The notes under the pieces are model-generated. The model was not told the origin of the DNA. It worked only from the letters and a program-made list of their open reading frames with translations, and did not search any database. The position numbers and the translations under genes are program-made. A stretch of 27,116 nt of DNA from Candidatus Dojkabacteria bacterium UBA5749 (lineage in GTDB: Bacteria > Patescibacteriota > Dojkabacteria > SC72): positions 982 to 28,097 of the forward strand of contig DIFL01000038.1 in assembly GCA_002419125.1 (NCBI GenBank). The letters run 5' to 3'. This document shows, one piece after another, positions 17,809-25,745 of the stretch (position 1 is the first letter of the stretch; each line of letters opens with the position of its first letter).

Positions 17809-18420
17809 ATGGGTAGATATACAGGTCCAAAAGAGAGATTGAGTAGAAGAGAGGGTGTAAACCTTAATTTAAAGGGTGCTAGATCTTTTTCAGATAAGGC
17901 TGGGATTAAAAGAAAACCTTTTCCTCCTGGTCAGCATGGTAATGCGAGAAGAGCTAGACTTTCAAACTACGGTTTACAGTTAAGAGAGAAGCAGAAAGTA
18001 AAGAGGACATATGGATTGAGAGAGAAACAGTTTAAGAATATATATATTGAGGCAAATAGAAGAGCAAAGATTAGTAATTTGGATAAGGGTTTGGAATTTT
18101 TAAGAATCTTGGAGTTGAGATTAGATAATGTATTGTATTTGGGTGGTTTGGCTCCTTCTAGAGCTGCATCTAGACAGTATATTGTTCATGGTCATGTCCT
18201 TCTTAATGGTAAGAAGTTCTCTGTTCCTTCTTTTGAGGTTAAAGAAGGGGATACAGTTGAATTGAAGATTGCTAAACTAGCACCTTCTGAGAAATTCTTT
18301 CCAGTTCCAGAGTGGTTAGAATCAAAAGATACAAAGGTTATGGTATCTAGATTACCAATTAGAGATGAAATTGATGAAGGTATTCGTGAGAATCTAATAA
18401 TCGAATACTACTCAAGATAA
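17809..18420 (+). CDS. rpsD: 30S ribosomal protein S4 (non-Zn N-terminus)
   Basis: MGRYTGP...LSRREG, PPGQHG, YGLQLREKQK, LELRLDNV, RQYIVHGH, IIEYYSR. Confidence 0.99.
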   Translation: MGRYTGPKERLSRREGVNLNLKGARSFSDKAGIKRKPFPPGQHGNARRARLSNYGLQLREKQKVKRTYGLREKQFKNIYIEANRRAKISNLDKGLEFLRILELRLDNVLYLGGLAPSRAASRQYIVHGHVLLNGKKFSVPSFEVKEGDTVELKIAKLAPSEKFFPVPEWLESKDTKVMVSRLPIRDEIDEGIRENLIIEYYSR

Positions 18421-18441
18421 TAATTTGTTTTAAAAAAAATA

Positions 18442-19404
18442 ATGGAAGCATTTAAAGATATAAAAGTAACAATTAGAGAGGAAGAGGGCAATTGGGGTAT
18501 GTATGAGATTGCACCTTTACCAAGAGGGTATGGTCAGACTTTAGGTAATGCCTTAAGAAGAATCCTTTACTCTAGTTTAAGGGGTGCTGGTATTACTAGT
18601 ATCAAGGTTAAGGGAGCTAAGCATGAATATTCAACAATAGATGGTGTGAAAGAAGACCTAGTTTCCATCATCTTAAACCTTAAGCAGGTTAAGTTCAATT
18701 TGGATTCTGAGGAGATTAAGAAATGTAAGATTGATATGAAGGGTAAAACTGTTGTAAAGGCATCTGACATTATCGTTGATGCTGGTGTAACAGTTACAAC
18801 TCCAGATATCGTTATTGCAAACTTAACAGATGCTTCTGCATCTTTAAATATTGAGATGACTGTTCAATCTGGTGTTGGGTATTTAGATGCAAGTTTTGCT
18901 GATAGATCTGCAGAGGGTGTAATTCCTCTTGATTGTGATTTTGCCCCTATAGAAAAGGTAAGTATGAGTGTAGAGCAGGCTCGTAAGGGACAGGAAACTG
19001 ATTTAGACTCTGTAGTTATTGGTGTTTTAACTGATGGTAGTATTGCTCCTAAAGAGGCTTTGCTACAATCATCTTCCATACTTCAGGAATTTGCAGGTAA
19101 GGTAATGGTTGCTATGGGTGTATCTAAAAAAGAGGTTGAGGAGAAAGTTGAGGAGATTAATAAGATTGAGGTTGTAGAAGAGGAGGAGGTTGCAACTGAT
19201 GAGGTTGAGGATTTAAGAGTTGAGGATCTCCCTATTTCTAAGAGATCAAAGACTGGTCTACTTTCTGGTGGATACAAGACATTGGCTGATTTAAGGAATG
19301 CTTCTGTTGAAGATTTGTTAAATCTTTCTGGTTTTGGTAATAAGTCATTAAACGAGGTTGTTGAGTTACTTAATCAATATGGAGTTAATATTAAAGGTGA
19401 ATAA
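18442..19404 (+). CDS. rpoA: RNA polymerase alpha subunit
   Basis: PLPRGYGQTLGNALRRILYSSL.G, HEYSTIDGVKED, GFGNKSL.EV. Confidence 0.99.
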   Translation: MEAFKDIKVTIREEEGNWGMYEIAPLPRGYGQTLGNALRRILYSSLRGAGITSIKVKGAKHEYSTIDGVKEDLVSIILNLKQVKFNLDSEEIKKCKIDMKGKTVVKASDIIVDAGVTVTTPDIVIANLTDASASLNIEMTVQSGVGYLDASFADRSAEGVIPLDCDFAPIEKVSMSVEQARKGQETDLDSVVIGVLTDGSIAPKEALLQSSSILQEFAGKVMVAMGVSKKEVEEKVEEINKIEVVEEEEVATDEVEDLRVEDLPISKRSKTGLLSGGYKTLADLRNASVEDLLNLSGFGNKSLNEVVELLNQYGVNIKGE

Positions 19405-19409
19405 CTAAG

Positions 19410-19949
19410 ATGTACAAGAGAATTAATCTTAAAAAATTAGGTAGGACTCACTCTCATAGGAAGGCTTTAAAGCAGAATCAATTGAGGTCCATATTACAAT
19501 CAGGAAAGGTTAAGACTTCTTCAGTAAAGGCAAAGGTATTAAGGGGAGAGCTGCAATCTTTACTTAATTTAGTAAGGGTTTCAAAAGAGAATGATTTGTC
19601 ATTGATTAGGATGCTCCATGAGGTGTTAGGTAAAGATGAGTTAGTCAAAAGGGTCCTCGAATTGGGTAAAAAGGAATCTACAAAGGTAACAATTAAGAAG
19701 GTTGGGTATAGGGCTGGGGATAATTCTCAGATGTCTATAGTTGAGATTACGGGTTTTAAGAGTAACAAGGATGCAAGCAAAAAGAAGGGTGTTAAAAAGG
19801 TTGAAAAAGAAGAAAAGAAGGAAGTGATTGTTGAGAAGAAGGAGTTTAAGGAAGAGAAAAAGGGTGTTTTGAATTTAGGTAAGAAAACTGTATCTAAGAA
19901 AATAGAACCTCTTAAGAAAGAGAGGGCTAAGAGTAGATCAGGTCTTTAA
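19410..19949 (+). CDS. rplQ: 50S ribosomal protein L17 with a Lys/Glu-rich C-terminal extension
   Basis: KKLGRTHSHRKAL, KVKTSSVKAK, GYRAGDNS.M; follows rpoA. Confidence 0.96.
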   Translation: MYKRINLKKLGRTHSHRKALKQNQLRSILQSGKVKTSSVKAKVLRGELQSLLNLVRVSKENDLSLIRMLHEVLGKDELVKRVLELGKKESTKVTIKKVGYRAGDNSQMSIVEITGFKSNKDASKKKGVKKVEKEEKKEVIVEKKEFKEEKKGVLNLGKKTVSKKIEPLKKERAKSRSGL

Positions 19950-19966
19950 TATGTTTTTAAGTAATT

Positions 19967-20401
19967 ATGAAATATAAAACAGATTGGAATAAAAAAGAGG
20001 ATGTTGAAAGGAATTGGTACATCATTGATGTAAAGGACCAGATATTGGGTAGAGTAGCAACAAAGATTGCTTCTCTTCTAATAGGGAAAGAGAAGGTGGA
20101 TATAGTTCCTAATGTTGATTGTGGAGATTATGTAATAGTTATAAATACTGATGAGGTTAAATTAACTAGGGGTAAGGATCAGAAAAAGACATATTATAGA
20201 CATTCTGGTTTTCCTGGTGGTCTTAAGGAGATTGTATTTGCAGATCAGATAAAAAAGAATTCTACAAAGGTTATTGAGATTGCTGTTAAGAATATGTTAC
20301 CTAAGAATAAATTAAGAGATGGTAGAATGGCAAGATTATTTACATACAAGGGTGGTGAGCATAAGCAAGAGGGTCAGAAACCTGTTGAATATAAAATATA
20401 A
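19967..20401 (+). CDS. rplM: 50S ribosomal protein L13
   Basis: WYIIDVKDQILGRVA, DCGDYVIVIN, YYRHSGFPGGLK, MLPKNKL. Confidence 0.99.
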   Translation: MKYKTDWNKKEDVERNWYIIDVKDQILGRVATKIASLLIGKEKVDIVPNVDCGDYVIVINTDEVKLTRGKDQKKTYYRHSGFPGGLKEIVFADQIKKNSTKVIEIAVKNMLPKNKLRDGRMARLFTYKGGEHKQEGQKPVEYKI

Positions 20402-20415
20402 TATTGTATTTAAAA

Positions 20416-20808
20416 ATGACTAAATATTTTGAAGGTATTGGAAGAAGGAAAACATCTACATCTAGAGTAAGGATTTACTCTGGTCAGAAGGCTTCTACTG
20501 TTAATGGTAAGTCTATTGATTCTTACTTTGCAAGTAATAGTGATGCGGATAAGTTAGTGAATCAGGGTCTTGCTATTACCCAACTTCAAGATAAATTCTA
20601 TTTTACTGCTAAGGTAAATGGTGGTGGTGTTAATGCTCAGATAGATGCTATTAGATTGGGCTTAGGTAGAGCTCTTTGTGTAATGGATGAGACTTTAAAG
20701 CCTGTTTTAAGAAAGGCTGGTTTGTTAACTAGAGATCCAAGAGAGGTAGAGAGGAAGAAGTATCATCATATTAAGGCTAGAAAGAAGCCTCAGTTCTCAA
20801 AGCGTTAA
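20416..20808 (+). CDS. rpsI: 30S ribosomal protein S9
   Basis: ATG 20416; GIGRRKTSTSRV, GGG..AQ..AIRLG, LLTRDPREVERKK, PQFSKR. Confidence 0.99.
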   Translation: MTKYFEGIGRRKTSTSRVRIYSGQKASTVNGKSIDSYFASNSDADKLVNQGLAITQLQDKFYFTAKVNGGGVNAQIDAIRLGLGRALCVMDETLKPVLRKAGLLTRDPREVERKKYHHIKARKKPQFSKR

Positions 20809-20883
20809 AAGTTTCTTTTTCAATTATTGATTTGTACCAGGTTTGTATATACTATATATGTATATATTTTATCCTTTATCAAT

Positions 20884-21768
20884 ATGAATAAGAGAGCATT
20901 ATTTATTATCCTAGGTAGTCTAGGGATTTTTGTTCTTCTAGGTCTATTAGGTGTGTATTTCTTTGGGAGTAGCCCAAGATATTACAGTACTGGTGGTGAA
21001 TATGATATGGCAGGTTCTGGTAAAGTGACTGATTCTTACCTTCCTGTTCCTTCTTTCGAAGAGACTGCTTCTTTGGCTCCAGATCAGATGGTAAATGATA
21101 TAGAGGGCTCTAAGGTTCAGAAGAATGGTAGTATTAATCTTTTGGTTGAGGGAATTGATGCTGCTGTTAATGATTTAAAGGCTGTAAATGGTATGTTTGG
21201 TGGTGTTATAACAAATATTTATGATAATGGTAGAGGTAATGATAGGAATGTATCAATTACTGTTAAGGTTCCTGTAGGAAAGTTTGAACTTTTCTATGAG
21301 GAATTAAGAAAGATAGATGGTGAGGTTACGTATGCCAATGTATCTACTACAGATGTAACAGAGGAGTATATTGATATTACTTCAAGGTTAGCTAATTTAA
21401 AGAGTACGGAGGCTCAGTTAGTAAAAGTATTGGAGAGGGCTGAAACTGTTACTGATATTCTTGCAGTTCAAAGAGAGTTAAATACAGTTAGAGGGGATAT
21501 TGAGAGTTATGAACAGAGAAAGAGGTATTTTGATTCTCAAACAGATTACTCTTTCATCTCAGTTTCCTTTAGTGTTGATAAAACAGGGTTGAATGTTACA
21601 GAGGATGAGTGGAAGCCATGGGGAGAGGTTAAAGCAGCTGTTAAATCGTTAATTGAAGTACTTAAGGGTTTTGTAAACATGGTTATCTGGATTGTTATAT
21701 TCTCACCAATTGTACTCATTCCTTTCTTTGTGGTTAAGTATCTTGTTAAGAGGAAGAAGGCTAATTAA
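20884..21768 (+). CDS. DUF4349-like membrane protein (N- and C-terminal TM, coiled coil)
   Basis: ATG 20884; ITVKVP..KF, DVTEEYIDI.SRL.NL...E..L..VL.RAE.V.DIL.VQREL..VRGDIES.E.R..Y...QTDYS.I. Confidence 0.85.
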   Translation: MNKRALFIILGSLGIFVLLGLLGVYFFGSSPRYYSTGGEYDMAGSGKVTDSYLPVPSFEETASLAPDQMVNDIEGSKVQKNGSINLLVEGIDAAVNDLKAVNGMFGGVITNIYDNGRGNDRNVSITVKVPVGKFELFYEELRKIDGEVTYANVSTTDVTEEYIDITSRLANLKSTEAQLVKVLERAETVTDILAVQRELNTVRGDIESYEQRKRYFDSQTDYSFISVSFSVDKTGLNVTEDEWKPWGEVKAAVKSLIEVLKGFVNMVIWIVIFSPIVLIPFFVVKYLVKRKKAN

Positions 21769-21778
21769 CTAACAAAAA

Positions 21779-21787
21779 TGGTATAAT
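21779..21787 (+). promoter_or_regulatory. extended -10 promoter of rnpB
   Basis: TG-G-TATAAT ends 5 nt before the 5' strand of RNase P helix P1. Confidence 0.8.
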
Positions 21788-21792
21788 ATATT

Positions 21793-22093
21793 GTGTAAGT
21801 ATCATAGATGATTGCGCTAATTTAACAATTAGTGAGGAAAGTCCGGACTCCATGTCAGCTGTGAACATATTACAGTAGGTGCCAATGAAAATTGGAAGGG
21901 AGTGATCTTTTGGAGAAAAGGGCAACAGAAAGTTATACCGCCTAAGCAATTAGGTAAGGGTGAAATGGTAGTGTAAGAGACTACCGGGTATTGTAGTAAT
22001 ACAGTACTGCGAGGCAACCCCCCTTGGAGCAAGGTTAAACCGCATAGATAGATGATCATCTAAAACAGAATCCGGCTTATTTGATACTTACAC
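21793..22093 (+). ncRNA. rnpB: RNase P RNA (type-A-like S domain, reduced catalytic domain)
   Basis: GAGGAAAGTCC (21834-21844) and ACAGAATCCGGCTTA (22065-22079) P4 signatures; P1 GTGTAAGTATCA pairs with TGATACTTACAC; internal GCAACAGAAAG, TAAGGGTGAAA, GTAAGAG, GGAGCAAG. Confidence 0.97.
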
Positions 22094-22107
22094 ATTTCCA
22101 CTTTTTG

Positions 22108-22116
22108 TGATATTAT
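22108..22116 (+). promoter_or_regulatory. extended -10 promoter for the downstream orphan ORF
   Basis: TG-A-TATTAT, 27 nt before GTG 22144. Confidence 0.5.
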
Positions 22117-22143
22117 AGGTCATTAAATTAGAGATTCTTTCTA

Positions 22144-22665
22144 GTGATTGAGATTTGGAAACAAACAGATTCAGACAATACTGAGGTTAAGACTGAAGAG
22201 ATTCTTACAAAAGTCAAAAGTATGTATGCTCTAGGTTACATTACTGATGATAATCCATCCCAGATAAATGGTTGTACTGGCTTAAGTCAGGTTCTTCTTT
22301 ATAGTCTTCCAATTGATAACGAATTAGATTTATTAGAATATGAGGAAGGTATTCATGATTTTGCTGAAGAGATGGAAGATGTCCATTTTGGTACTGTTGA
22401 TATCCCTAGAGGCTCTTTTCTTGAGAGGATAAGTGTGATTAAACTTGCTCAAGCAGTAATTGGAAGCATTCTAACAGATGATAATCATTCGGGATGGAAC
22501 AAATTCTCAGGTTTAGAGCAGGCTATCTGTTACGAATTTGGACCTATTCCATTGAATAGAATTAGTGAAATTAAAGAAAAGATTAAATCTATGATGCCTG
22601 AAATACTTGGGGGAGTTCGAGGAAGGGAGAGATATCGTCCTAAGGATTCTAAGGCTGTGTATTAA
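22144..22665 (+). CDS. Hypothetical acidic protein, 173 aa
   Basis: Open frame filling the gap between rnpB and fmt, host-like codon usage, own promoter-like motif; no family recognised. Confidence 0.75.
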   Translation: MIEIWKQTDSDNTEVKTEEILTKVKSMYALGYITDDNPSQINGCTGLSQVLLYSLPIDNELDLLEYEEGIHDFAEEMEDVHFGTVDIPRGSFLERISVIKLAQAVIGSILTDDNHSGWNKFSGLEQAICYEFGPIPLNRISEIKEKIKSMMPEILGGVRGRERYRPKDSKAVY

Positions 22666-22667
22666 AT

Positions 22668-23618
22668 CTATATTAGATTCTTTGTTCCATTGATAAATTC
22701 TGTATTGGTCATGTGTTGTTTCCCTTCTATTTGGAGTTCTAATACCTCTATACACTGATCTCTGTTTTTTGTAGAGAAGAATATCTTACCGTTTTCAATA
22801 AAAAGGGAACCTGGTTTTTCATTAGAATATTTCTTGGTAAGTTGGGCTTTATAGATTTTCATTCTTTTACTGTCTAACATACACCACGCAACTGGCCAAG
22901 GTATCATTGCTCTAATCATTCTTTCAATATACTCTGGTTCCATTTTTTCAAATTGTATTTCAGCATTTTCTTTTGATATATCTTTTTGCCAACAGTATGT
23001 AGCTTTAGAGTCATCTTGCTTTTTAGGTTGTATGTTTCCATTAACCCATTGTTCTAATATATCTCCTATGGTTTTAGAAGATATATTTACCAATCTTTCT
23101 CTTAGTGAGAGGTTTGTATCTGTAGGGGATATTGGTTCTGGTATTGTTTTTAAGATATCTCCCTGGTCTAGGCCAGGAGACATTAACATTACCGTTATTC
23201 CTGTCTCTTTTTCTCCATCAAGTATTGCTTTTTGTATTGGTACTGCTCCTCTGTATTTTGGAAGTAGGGAGAAGTGTATATTTATGGATTTGTATATTGG
23301 GTAATTGATAAAGAAGTCTGGGAGTATTTCTCCAAAGGCTTTACATACTATTAATTCTGGGTTAAATTTGTCTAAGGCTTGTTGATATTTTTCTTTCTGT
23401 TTTTCTGTATGGAAGACCTCTATCCCATTTTCTTTTGCATACTCTTTTACCTTTGAAGGTGTTAATACCTGTTTTCTTCCTACAGGTTTATCCACTGTTG
23501 TAATTACTCCAACAATATCAAATCTTTTGTCTTCAAGAAGTGTGTTAAGAGTTTTTACAGATTCCCAATCTGTTCCAAGAAACAACGTTTTTACAGGTTT
23601 TGTATTTAAATCTCTCAT
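22668..23618 (-). CDS. fmt: Methionyl-tRNA formyltransferase
   Basis: FLGT, VITTVDKPVGRKQ.LTPS.VK, NIHFSLLPKYRGAVPIQ.AI..G...TG.T.M, LDQGDI, IRAM.PWP.AW. Confidence 0.97.
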   Translation of the reverse strand: MRDLNTKPVKTLFLGTDWESVKTLNTLLEDKRFDIVGVITTVDKPVGRKQVLTPSKVKEYAKENGIEVFHTEKQKEKYQQALDKFNPELIVCKAFGEILPDFFINYPIYKSINIHFSLLPKYRGAVPIQKAILDGEKETGITVMLMSPGLDQGDILKTIPEPISPTDTNLSLRERLVNISSKTIGDILEQWVNGNIQPKKQDDSKATYCWQKDISKENAEIQFEKMEPEYIERMIRAMIPWPVAWCMLDSKRMKIYKAQLTKKYSNEKPGSLFIENGKIFFSTKNRDQCIEVLELQIEGKQHMTNTEFINGTKNLI

Positions 23619-23700
23619 ACGGATAATTTTACTGTAATATCAACAAAATTGCTACAAAGCATAACAAAGATTAAGCTTTTGTAATATAATACCCATCTAT

Positions 23701-24711
23701 ATGAAAATGTCAGATTTTAAATACAATTTGCCCCAAGAGTTAATTGCACAGTATCCTCCCAAAAAGAGAGGTAGTTCAAATTTGTTGATATTGGATAGAA
23801 ATACAGGAGAGATTGAGCACAGAAAATATTTTAATGTTGTGGAATATATTAAAAAGGGTGATGTTGTAGTGTTAAATGAAACTAGGGTTTTGAATTGTAG
23901 AACTTTCTTTCTTACTCCAAATGAAAAGATGGTAGAGGTTCTTTTTTTAGAAAAGAGAGAGGGAGATTCGTGGTACTGTTTAATTGGAAGAGCAAAGAAT
24001 GTTAAGATTGGAGACATCTTACAGTGTAATGAAATATCAATACTAGTAAAAGAGAGAAAGGAAAATGGTTTTGTAGTAGATTTCACAAAAGGTAGTTCTG
24101 ACGAATTGTTTGCAAAGTATGGTCATACTCCTTTGCCTCCATACATGAAGAGAGGGGATGAGGATAGTGATAGAGATAGGTATAATACTGTATTTTCCTC
24201 TATTCCTGGGGCCGTGGCAGCTCCTACAGCGAGTTTAAATCTAACTAATGAGATATTAGCGGAGATTGAGAAAAAGGGTGCGAAAGTAGTCAAGATTGAG
24301 CTTCGAGTTGGATGGGGAACTTTCGCTCCCATTAGGGAAGAAAATATTGAGGAACATGTTATTCACAAAGAGTATATTAATGTTAGTAAGGAGGTTTCTG
24401 ATTGTATCAACGATTGTAATGGAAGTGTATGGGCATTCGGTACTACTGTTGCAAGAGCACTGGAATCTGCTTACAGTCAGAAAGAGAAGAAGGTATTATC
24501 ATACTCTGGAGATACCGACCTTTACATATATCCAGGGTATCAATGGGAGGTTGTTGATGTTCTTGTCACAAACTTCCATATGCCAGACTCATCATTAATT
24601 CTTTTGGTTTCTTCTTTTGCTGGAAAGGAGTTAATTAAAAAGGCATATGCTGAAGCTTTAGAAAGAGGGTACAAATTCCTAAGCTATGGTGATAGTATGT
24701 TAATTAAGTAA
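23701..24711 (+). CDS. queA: S-adenosylmethionine:tRNA ribosyltransferase-isomerase
   Basis: SDFKYNLPQELIAQYP, G.TPLPPYM, YNTVF, AVAAPTA, GTF.P, TNFH.P.SSL, Y.FLSYGD.MLI. Confidence 0.96.
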   Translation: MKMSDFKYNLPQELIAQYPPKKRGSSNLLILDRNTGEIEHRKYFNVVEYIKKGDVVVLNETRVLNCRTFFLTPNEKMVEVLFLEKREGDSWYCLIGRAKNVKIGDILQCNEISILVKERKENGFVVDFTKGSSDELFAKYGHTPLPPYMKRGDEDSDRDRYNTVFSSIPGAVAAPTASLNLTNEILAEIEKKGAKVVKIELRVGWGTFAPIREENIEEHVIHKEYINVSKEVSDCINDCNGSVWAFGTTVARALESAYSQKEKKVLSYSGDTDLYIYPGYQWEVVDVLVTNFHMPDSSLILLVSSFAGKELIKKAYAEALERGYKFLSYGDSMLIK

Positions 24712-24717
24712 GTAAAA

Positions 24718-25743
24718 ATGATGAACTTGGACATTCTGAAAGAAAAATATTTTTTTATGCCAGATGCTACTAGAGGAGCAGTTAGATACCTTACCACTAA
24801 GCAATTAGAGGAAACTGGAACAAAAGCCATAGTGACAAACACACTCCATTTATTAATTCACCCAGGTCCAGATGTAATTCAACAGTTAGGGGGAATTAAA
24901 AAGATGATGAATTGGAATGGTATTGTATTTACAGATTCAGGTGGTTTCCAACTTTTTTCTTTGCTTCATTCTAAAAAATGGAAAGGGATAGTTCATGAGA
25001 ATGGGGCTACCTTTAAATCTCCCAAAGAGGGCAATACATATGAATTAACTCCTGAGTCGTCTATTGATATTCAGATGAACATTGGTTCTGATGTTTTAGT
25101 TTGTTTAGATGATTGTAGAGATACTGGTCTTTCAAGGAGTGATGCGCAAAAGTCAGTTGAGAGGACATTAAAATGGGCGGTTAGGTGTAAGGAGCATTTC
25201 AATAGTGAGTACGGTGGTACTGAGAAAACTGGGAGATTGTTGACTTGTGTTGTGCAGGGTTCTAACTTTTTGGATTTAAGGGCGTCCTGTGCTACGGAGT
25301 TATCTCATATTGGGTTTGATGGGTACAATTTCGGAGGGTATGTTGTTGACAAGGAGGGTGCATTGGTTGTTGATGAGATGAGTGCCGTGATTGAAAATAT
25401 TCCAAAAGATACAATTCGGTATGCGATGGGGGTCGGAAAGCCGGAGGATATTTTGAGGGCTGCAAAGATTGGTTACAATGTTTTTGATACAGTATTGGTT
25501 ACACGGAATGCAAGGCATGGAACGGTATACACATCAAAGGGGGCTGTTAGGATAAAGAACAGTGATATGGCTTTGGATCAGACTCCTGTCGATAGCAAGT
25601 GCAACTGCGAGTGTTGCAAAAACTACACAAGAGCGTACCTTCACCACATGCTCAAAAACGAAGAAGCAACCGCGCTTACCCTATTAACCATTCACAACCT
25701 AACCTTCTACCAATCCCTCATAGGGGGCCTGACCCTGCCCTGA
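24718..25743 (+). CDS. tgt: tRNA-guanine transglycosylase (bacterial type)
   Basis: FMPDATRG.V, NTLHL, TDSGGFQ, LDDC, VQG, RYAMGVGKPEDI, FDTV..TRNARHG, Zn site C.CECC...H, HNL.FY. Confidence 0.97.
   Translation: MMNLDILKEKYFFMPDATRGAVRYLTTKQLEETGTKAIVTNTLHLLIHPGPDVIQQLGGIKKMMNWNGIVFTDSGGFQLFSLLHSKKWKGIVHENGATFKSPKEGNTYELTPESSIDIQMNIGSDVLVCLDDCRDTGLSRSDAQKSVERTLKWAVRCKEHFNSEYGGTEKTGRLLTCVVQGSNFLDLRASCATELSHIGFDGYNFGGYVVDKEGALVVDEMSAVIENIPKDTIRYAMGVGKPEDILRAAKIGYNVFDTVLVTRNARHGTVYTSKGAVRIKNSDMALDQTPVDSKCNCECCKNYTRAYLHHMLKNEEATALTLLTIHNLTFYQSLIGGLTLP
25705..25740 (+). repeat. Left REP-like unit (degenerate), inside the tgt 3' end
   Basis: TTCTACCAATCCCTCATAGGGGGCCTGACCCTGCCC aligns with the reverse complement of 26227-26267; its core GGGCCTGACCC has one mismatch to GGGTCTGACCC. 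Confidence 0.6.
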
Positions 25744-25745
25744 CC

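Noticed and set aside
17809-17920. Loss of Zn-binding cysteines in S4 while S14 and L36 retain them
   Set aside because: C-minus S4 is common in bacteria, so it is not informative by itself.
20808-20883. Intrinsic terminator or clear promoter after rpsI
   Set aside because: No stable stem precedes the T-run, and the promoter-like hexamers have non-canonical spacing.
924-25743. Genetic-code reassignment (UGA=Gly code 25, or UGA=Trp)
   Set aside because: All conserved genes are full length under code 11 with no in-frame TGA; Trp is TGG and Gly is GGN. The single TGA stop (tgt) sits at a plausible end.
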